A stretch of 16,204 nt of DNA from contig NW_021825195.1 in assembly GCF_006345805.1 (NCBI RefSeq), positions 1 through 16,204 of the forward strand, in the 5' to 3' direction. The notes beneath the pieces were generated by a model, which had not been told where the DNA came from, did not search any database, and saw nothing but the letters and a program-made list of their open reading frames with translations. The stretch is from Octopus sinensis. Lineage: Eukaryota. Each line of letters begins with the position of its first letter. The first letter of the stretch is position 1. The position numbers and the translations under genes are program-made. Shown here in pieces: positions 9,108 through 16,204 of this stretch.

Positions 9108-9677
9108 CAGTGTGTTCAAAAAGTCTCTCCGCAGTGAACTTTTCATCCTGCGCATGCGCAACTTGGCTATCACTGCGTGGGCAGCCGGGTGTCAGCCATT
9201 TTCCTTCAGTTATTGTGTGTCCTTCAGCGTGTTGACATGCTAACGATAGTAGAACGTACGTTTTTAGTTGAATTGGTGTTTCGTGCTGGAAACTCATACA
9301 CAGATACCGTGAAAAAGAAGTTGAGTGAAACTTTTCCGAATACTGTTGTTCCATATCTTGACACTATGTAGGATTTGATAAGAAAATTTAGAAACTCAGG
9401 CTCAGTGGAAGACGCACCAAGAAGCGGTTGGCCTACTGTTCTTTCAGACGAAACATTCACAGGAGACGGAAATCAGCCTAGGAAGTGCTCACACGGCAGT
9501 AAAAAAGAAATTACATTTTATGTATTGAAAATGAAGGATGACACTTTTAACACCGTTTATAAAGTTTTTTTAAAGTCTTGTAAAAACTAATATATTCTTT
9601 TGTAGTCTTATACCATCTTATAAATATTTATTTTGCAATAAAATACTTACTGCCGAGAGACACTTTGAACCCCCCTG
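9108..9677 (+). mobile_element. Non-autonomous Tc1/mariner-superfamily deletion derivative (about 570 bp) keeping the N-terminal HTH remnant
   Basis: Imperfect TIRs CAGTGTGTTCAAAAAGTCTCTCCGCAGT / CAGGGGGGTTCAAAGTGTCTCTCGGCAGT with TA flanks. From ATG 9237 it reads MLTIVERTFLVE..FPNTVVP..LIRKFRNSGSVEDAPRSGWP (KF..TGSV.D..RSGRP motif). No DDD/E domain is present; AATAAA near 9637. Confidence 0.85.
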
Positions 9678-9782
9678 TATAAGCGAGTCATCGTACGCAC
9701 ATATTCAAACACATAGACACGTCCCTGCAATGATAACGCACACATTTCCAAACGAATAACACACACACACACACACACACAT

Positions 9783-10298
<516 letters not shown>

Positions 10299-10770
10299 CT
10301 ACGTTATCTATACTCGCTGGTATCTATACACATACAACACACATCCATACTAAAAATATACACAACCCACCAGCACATACTGCTTGCATGCCCTCTCACT
10401 ATTAAATATTTATAAATACATTCACCAAATTCTCGCCCATCATTAATTATGACATTCTTTTAATACTGAAGGCCACTTCTTACTCGCTACCTGATTTTTA
10501 CGTCATTTACCAAAATGCTGACAACTTACATAACTTTTCGACCCTCCACATTTACTTTCCACTTTCCATCTCTCTTTATTTCTAATTTCTTTTTTAATTC
10601 TCATTTTTTCTTCTCGGTGAAAGATTTCAATCCGAAAAATTAAAAGTTTTTCTATCCTATTCAAACTTGAACCTGTTACTTTATTCAATATATTTTCCCC
10701 GGTCTCTTTCTTGCTTATTTACATTCTGATATATGTGCTAAAATATGCACACAAAGAGGGAGAGGGACAT

Positions 10771-10798
10771 AGTCGAATGACTGAAACAAGTAAAAGAG
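10771..10798 (+). mobile_element. Terminal fragment of SINE family A
   Basis: 'aatgactgaaacaagtaaaagag' is identical to 14871-14893. Confidence 0.7.
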
Positions 10799-10823
10799 AA
10801 CCGCTAAAACAAAAACACACAAT

Positions 10824-10824
<1 letters not shown>

Positions 10825-10876
<52 letters not shown>
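10825..10876. repeat. (AAT)n microsatellite
   Basis: Directly visible. Confidence 0.97.
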
Positions 10877-10878
<2 letters not shown>

Positions 10879-10930
10879 TGACAACAAAAGAATGAGATCT
10901 CGATATTATGTAAATAAGCGTCTATCGTCC

Positions 10931-10994
10931 AATTTGCCGATGAAAATGAATCTCGAAGCTTTTACCTTCGGCATTTGAAACTCTGAGTTCTATT
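10931..10994 (+). ncRNA. Degenerate or variant type I hammerhead-like motif
   Basis: Core CCGATGA 10937-43; stem II AAATG/CATTT (10944-48/10972-76) with inner CGAAG/CTTCG; GAAA 10977-80. Stem III is the near-palindrome CTCTGAG with a GTT triplet. Stem I is poor (AATTTG/CTATT). Confidence 0.5.
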
Positions 10995-11016
10995 ATAACA
11001 CTTACTAATAGTTCTA

Positions 11017-11017
<1 letters not shown>

Positions 11018-11097
<80 letters not shown>

Positions 11098-11108
11098 ATA
11101 CATATACA

Positions 11109-11141
<33 letters not shown>

Positions 11142-11158
11142 TTATATATATATATATA
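11018..11158. repeat. (TA)n microsatellite
   Basis: Directly visible. Confidence 0.97.
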
Positions 11159-11521
11159 ACGGGAAGCTTTATGAAATAAACAAAGACCGAAGGCAGGTGG
11201 AAAACAAACGAACAATTGTATTAGTATGGCCTCAGGAAATATAAATAAAACAAGTCTTATATTAATATATATATATATATATATATTATTTGTGTGTGTG
11301 TGTAAGCACTTTCCCGTTTGTTTTTTAACAAACGAGGGACAGAGTACTCCAGACATGTAATGAGTATTTATTTCTTTAAAGTTTGCTATTCCCTCAATTT
11401 ATCGCTACACTCACTCCGCGTAACAAAGGCGTGAGCCACTTAATTTCACACACAAACACACACATTCACACACACACACACCACACACACACACAAACAC
11501 ACACACAGATATACATACATG

Positions 11522-11553
<32 letters not shown>

Positions 11554-11604
11554 GTTGAAATTCATAGAAATGCTAAAGACGAAGAGAGGTGTATGTCGAC
11601 AGGC

Positions 11605-11606
<2 letters not shown>

Positions 11607-11701
<95 letters not shown>

Positions 11702-11702
11702 T
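11607..11702. repeat. (TA)n followed by (GATA)n microsatellite
   Basis: Directly visible. Confidence 0.97.
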
Positions 11703-11712
11703 ACATGTATAT

Positions 11713-11875
11713 ACGAAGGGTTTCAGGAGTTTCTCACATCCAAATTCAACCTGGGGTTATAGTAGAACATATTTGTCCTGGTTCTTATGCATTGAACTGA
11801 AACCGAAGCCACGTGGCTACAAAAGAAACTTCTTCACCACACACACACACACACACATGCAGCTATGCACGCGCC
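11713..11875 (-). mobile_element. Old SINE family A 5' half
   Basis: 'acgaagggtttc..ccaaattca..ttatagtagaa.ca..actgaaaccgaagccacgtgg..cttcttcaccacac..cacgcgcc' is collinear with 4001-4159 but much more diverged. Confidence 0.6.
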
Positions 11876-12079
11876 GAACACAAGATTGGTACTGCTAGGA
11901 AACCTATTGGTCCCACGTTTGATTTGATTCAGAGCTGGACCGTGGCTTAAAAAACAACAACAACAACATTAGCTGTAGTAGCAGCAACAACATGGTTTCA
12001 TATATGTGACCTTCACCGAAGACGACCAAATTCTTGATTGCGAGGTAAAGAACCGAATGGCAAACGACATCAGGTGTTG

Positions 12080-12450
12080 ACAGCAGCATCGCCAGCAACC
12101 ACCAACGCCACCACCACCACAACCACCACTACCATCACCATCATCACTACCACCACCACCACCACTGCCACCAGTGCTACCAACACCATAGGTACCATTA
12201 TCGGTACTAACTATCACTACTCCCACCGCCACCAGCGCCCCCACTACAGCCGGTAACATGAGAACAACACATCAGCTGTACTATCAATACCAACAGCAAG
12301 TACACGCAACATCTCCACCACCATAAACGCCGCCACCACCACCACCAACGCCGCCGCCACCACCACCAACGCCGCCGCCACCACCACCAACGCCACCATC
12401 TCCACTTCCACCACTATCACCACCATCACCGCCGCCGCCACCACCACTCT
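12080..12450. repeat. Degenerate (CAC/ACC)n low-complexity tract with a 21-bp unit (AACGCCGCCGCCACCACCACC) x about 3
   Basis: Directly visible; the 21-bp unit spans about 12326-12395. Confidence 0.9.
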
Positions 12451-12629
12451 GCACACAATGTACTGCCAGCTGTCACTGGGGAGAGTGCGTACGACTTCGT
12501 AACATGAATGAATTTTTTTTTTGCAAATTTCTTGAGGTGTGTATGAAGTCACAAATACCAAAAGACATACATTGGCGTCTGTTTCCCTCTCACACTTCAT
12601 CCAGTGGAACATCTTAACTTTGACAGCTG

Positions 12630-14286
12630 CATGTATCTACAATAAGTTAGTACACACAACGATTTTTTAAAATTTTTACTTCTTACAACTATATTTTTTC
12701 GTAGGATTTAAATGAAACTCGATGTGAACATAGCCATGTAGTGGTTTAATAACTTTATAAACTATGAAGGAACAAATATCTTTTCAATGTAGAATAATTA
12801 AACAAAAACATTTAGAACAAGTAACAAAAGTAAGTACACACAGGAGCGCTTTAAAACAAATAGCCTTTTTTAATACTTGTATGGCCTCCATTGTTATCAA
12901 TAACAGCAGACAACCTCCTAGGCATTGATTCCACTAGTTGACGACATATGTCCGCCGGAATTGCGTTCCATTCACATTTGATGACCTCCTTGGTGTTCGT
13001 TAATATTTCTCGGATTTTTCCCTGCAATTCTCCGTTTTAGATGCTCCCCACAGATGCTCTATTGGGTTCAAATCAGGTGACATACTCGGCCATGGTAAGG
13101 TATTCACTCGCTTACTTTCTAAGACGCCTTCGTAGGCCGCGACGTGTGCTTAGGGTCGTTATCCTGCTGGAAAACTCCACGTCTGCCAACACTTGTTAAA
13201 CTTGGTAACATGTTTTCCTCCAATATCTGGCAATAGAGTTTTGAATCCATTTTTCCTTCGATGAAAGCAAGTCGTCCAACTCCTTTGGCACTCATACACC
13301 CCCAAATCATCAAGCTCCCACCTCCATGCTTGACAGTTGGCACGACACACTTATCCTGTAAGCCTCCCCTTTTCGTCGCCACACCGCTTACGCCATCTGA
13401 GCCGAATAGATTTATTTTCGTCTCGTCAGACCAAGGATTTTGTCCCAAAACTGCATATCTTTGTCTTTATGATTATTAGCAAATTCACAAACGCTCTTTT
13501 TGTGGAAGTTTTCAGCAGAGGCTTCCTTCGGGCATGCAGCCTTTAAACCCGTTCTTCGTGGAGAATGCTGCGCACTGTCTGAGCACTCACAGTTACGTTT
13601 TAAACTGTGTTGAATTTCTTCTGCGACGCTAGCAGCACTCCGACGTCTGCTTCCCTCTATAAGTTGTTTCATGCGCCTCTTAGTTCGATCACAAAACTTT
13701 TTGGTCGACCGGGACGGCGGCCATTTGTGACGGTTCCAGCTTTTTTGTACCGTTGAACAACTTTTGCTACCGTATTTCGGCTGATATTTACATTGCACTT
13801 ATTTCCGTATATGAATGCCACTCTTGAATAAATTAACATAGTTTCACGAGTTTTTTTCATGTAATTCATTGCCACGAGGAAGCCATTTCCAAGAATAATA
13901 TGAGAAAACTTTGGTAAGCAATAGTATCCAAGCAATAGCAGCGTAATGTAAACAAACAGCCAATGAAATGCCTTTGGTTATTTATAGGGTACAATAAAAA
14001 GGTGTGCCAACAGAAAGTTTCTGGCAATTTTATAGCTATTTAAGTAATATTTATTCATGATTAGTGACTTCCATAGCTGTGTACTAATTTATTGTACTGT
14101 GACTCTATGGATTTTCTCCTATAATTTGTAATAAACAACAAATTTGAACCCTAACGTTTTGCATATTTAATTTTACATATATGGCTAGGTTCACATCGAG
14201 TTTCATTTAAATTCCTACGAAAAAAATAAGTTCTAAGAAGTAAAAATTTAAAAAAATCGTTGTGGTGTACTAACTTATTGTAGATA

Positions 14287-14289
<3 letters not shown>
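12630..14289 (-). mobile_element. Full-length Tc1-family DNA transposon (about 1.66 kb), IR/DR-type ends
   Basis: Matching inverted ends of about 110 bp (12630-12738 vs 14175-14289). Inner repeats of the terminal 'acaataagttagtacac' motif lie at about 12820-12840 and 14078-14099. The right end abuts (TA)n. Confidence 0.95.
12870..13886 (-). pseudogene. Tc1 transposase (DD34E type), multiply frameshifted
   Basis: Across frames it reads M(A)PRGNELHEK..ISRNTVAKVVQRYKKAGTVTNGRRPGRP, WSDETKINLFGSDG, PTVKHGGGSLMIWGCM, VFQQDNDPKH, WPSMSPDLNPIEHLW and GGHT(KY)*. Confidence 0.92.
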
Positions 14290-14331
<42 letters not shown>

Positions 14332-14352
14332 AGAACAAAGTACGTACGCCGC

Positions 14353-14388
<36 letters not shown>

Positions 14389-14390
14389 TA

Positions 14391-14484
<94 letters not shown>

Positions 14485-14488
14485 CATA
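14290..14488. repeat. (TA)n arrays with a short 24-bp interruption
   Basis: Directly visible. Confidence 0.95.
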
Positions 14489-14659
14489 GGCGCAGGAGTG
14501 GCTGTGTGGTAAGTAGCTTGTTTATCAACCACATGGTTCCGAGTTCAGTCCCACTGCCTGGCACCTTGGGCAAGTATACTCTACCATAGCCTCGGGCCGA
14601 CCAAAGCCTTGTGAGTGGATTTGGTAGACGGAAACTGAAAGAAGCCTGTCGTATATATG

Positions 14660-14690
<31 letters not shown>

Positions 14691-14905
14691 ATGTTTGTGT
14701 GTATGTGTTTGTCCCCCTAGCATTGCTTGACAACCCATGCTGGTGTGTTTATGTCCCCGTCATTTAGCGGTTCGGCAAAAAGGGGCTGATAGAATAAGTA
14801 CTGCGCTTACAAAGAATAACTCCCGGGGTCGAGTTGCTCGATTAAAGGCGGTGCTCCAGCATGGCCGCAAAATGACTGAAACAAGTAAAAGAGTAAAGAG
14901 TAGAG
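14489..14905 (+). mobile_element. SINE family A, best-preserved full-length copy
   Basis: Head 'ggcgcaggagtggctgtgtggtaag..gagttcagtccc' (A/B-box-like) and CORE-like 'accttgggcaagt'. Internal (TA)/(TG) at 14652-14705; 3' module ending 'aagtaaaagagtaaagag'. Confidence 0.9.
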
Positions 14906-14915
14906 AATATATATA

Positions 14916-15254
14916 ATACAAAATGGAACAAGAACGCAAAGCATCCGGACAGCTAGGTGATACAGAAAGGGACACCAAAATATCCAGATAGACGATACAA
15001 GGAAAACAAGGACGGGTCATTCGAAGCTCCCCCTCTTCAGTCAAGCACCAGATTATCTTCGCAATTTCGGCTGATTATTCTTGAGATTGCTCCAATCTGA
15101 CCAGAGCCAAGGAAAAACTAAGCTAAGAGCATTAGATTCCTTGGAAGAAAGCAGTGAATGTATACAATAACAACGACGTTTATCTGGATGTTTTGTTGTC
15201 CCTTTTTGTATCACCTAGCTCTCCGGATGTTTCTGTTCTTGTCCCATTTTATAT
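14916..15254. mobile_element. Short insert with about 78-bp inverted terminal copies between TA-rich tracts (putative non-autonomous element)
   Basis: 14916-14994 is the reverse complement of 15177-15254 (roughly 85-90% by eye); TA tracts on both sides. Confidence 0.7.
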
Positions 15255-15325
15255 ACATATATATATTTTCAGAATGAGGTACAAAACCAAGGGAGTGAAG
15301 ATTTTAGAACATTTATAAAAAGAAG

Positions 15326-15373
15326 GTCTTACAGCTGTTTCCAGGATATTTGTTATAGTCCTTCATCGGAGAC
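15326..15373 (-). ncRNA. Minimal type I hammerhead-like motif (variant core)
   Basis: Minus strand: GTCT-CCGATGA-AGGA(ctataacaaata)TCCT-G-GAAA-CAGCTG-TA-AGAC. It shares GAAACAGCTGTAAGA with the 3466-3480 motif and lies in an insert of about 210 bp flanked by (TA)n. Confidence 0.62.
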
Positions 15374-15467
15374 GGTGTGAGAAAATGCTTAAGCAATATT
15401 TAATTTAGATAAGATACGAAATAGAGAGTGAAGTGGAGGAATGAAAACAGATGTGAGATATGCAGGG

Positions 15468-15530
<63 letters not shown>

Positions 15531-15609
15531 ATATATAATATATATATTTATATGTATGTATGTAATGTATGTATGTATGTATGTATGTATGTATGTATGT
15601 ATGTATGTA
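15468..15609. repeat. (TA)n then (TATG)n microsatellite
   Basis: Directly visible. Confidence 0.97.
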
Positions 15610-15819
15610 CTTCTGTTGGGAATAACGAAGGATCTTGCCTCTCGCAATATCGAAGCGCTTCTCGTGACACCAGCAGATGAAATGGTGCCAGGAGGATAGC
15701 GTGGGCTACGAGCTGGAACAGCTACTCTGATCAATGGGTCTCGCACTTGTGGACAACCAACTCCGTCCCGATAGCGATGAGCAGGGATATGCTCGACCAT
15801 AAAGTGTACATGTTTCTGT

Positions 15820-15916
15820 GAGAGGAAGACGGAGAGAAAGACAGAGACAGACAGACAGAGAAAGAAAGAAACAGAGATAGAGAGAGAAGAGGAGAGATAG
15901 AGAGGGAAAGAAAGAG
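15820..15916. repeat. GA-rich simple repeat
   Basis: Directly visible. Confidence 0.9.
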
Positions 15917-16042
15917 TGGTTGCAAATAACCACAAGGTACGAAGAGAACAAGTGATATACAGACGTAGGGACCAAATGAGAAACAGAAGCCGACGGATAG
16001 ATAAACCGGCAGAGGGCAGCAACATCCCTCGGCTAGTGTTCT

Positions 16043-16186
16043 TTGCAGGTGAGCTGGCTGGGGCAAGCAATGTGCAGTGAATGAAGGGCCTTGCTCAAGG
16101 ACACAACGTGGCGCTCAGTCCAGCGATTGAACCCACAGCCTTTTGGTCGTGAGCAGAACGCTGTCACCACTGGGCCAAGCGTCTTC
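16043..16186 (-). mobile_element. Old CORE-like tRNA SINE head (family D-like)
   Basis: 'cttgctcaaggacacaacg..gattgaacccac..tcgtgagc.gaa..accactgggcca.gcg.cttc' is collinear with 7945-8036 and with the heads at 4940-5011 and 9010-9078. Confidence 0.7.
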
Positions 16187-16204
16187 AAACCACGCCGCCA
16201 TTAA

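Noticed and set aside
11969-12612. Thr/Gly/Val-rich mucin-like or membrane ORFs
   Set aside because: They are explained by degenerate (CAC)n sequence; an exon cannot be excluded without RNA data, but nothing supports one.
15015-15075. Fourth hammerhead candidate on the minus strand (GCCGAAATTGCG..GACTGAAGAGG..CGAAT)
   Set aside because: Core words are present, but I could not build consistent stems I-III in any permutation.

Overview
This is repeat-saturated, AT-rich eukaryotic DNA, either intergenic or intronic, and I can support no intact host gene in it. The SINE families and microsatellite load look like a coleoid cephalopod (Octopus-like); that is recognition from memory, not proof. The window contains decayed non-LTR retrotransposon pieces (R4/Dong-like restriction-like endonuclease plus 3' end, an R4-like RT fragment, an RTE C-terminus) and at least four modular tRNA-derived SINE types, two copies with clean TSDs. 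It also has two internally deleted Tc1/mariner elements, one full-length but frameshifted IR/DR-type Tc1 element and many microsatellites. The most interesting signal is a set of short non-coding inserts in (TA)n/(TAA)n arrays. Three carry type I hammerhead-ribozyme-like motifs (3355-3481 +, 10931-10994 +, 15326-15373 -) and three carry 70-90 bp inverted terminal copies. Together they suggest non-autonomous Penelope-like, ribozyme-bearing, microsatellite-targeting retroelements. An unexplained, gap-free but roughly 30% diverged 311-bp tandem duplication lies at about 4522-5470. Nearly all ORFs in the supplied track are microsatellite or antisense artefacts.
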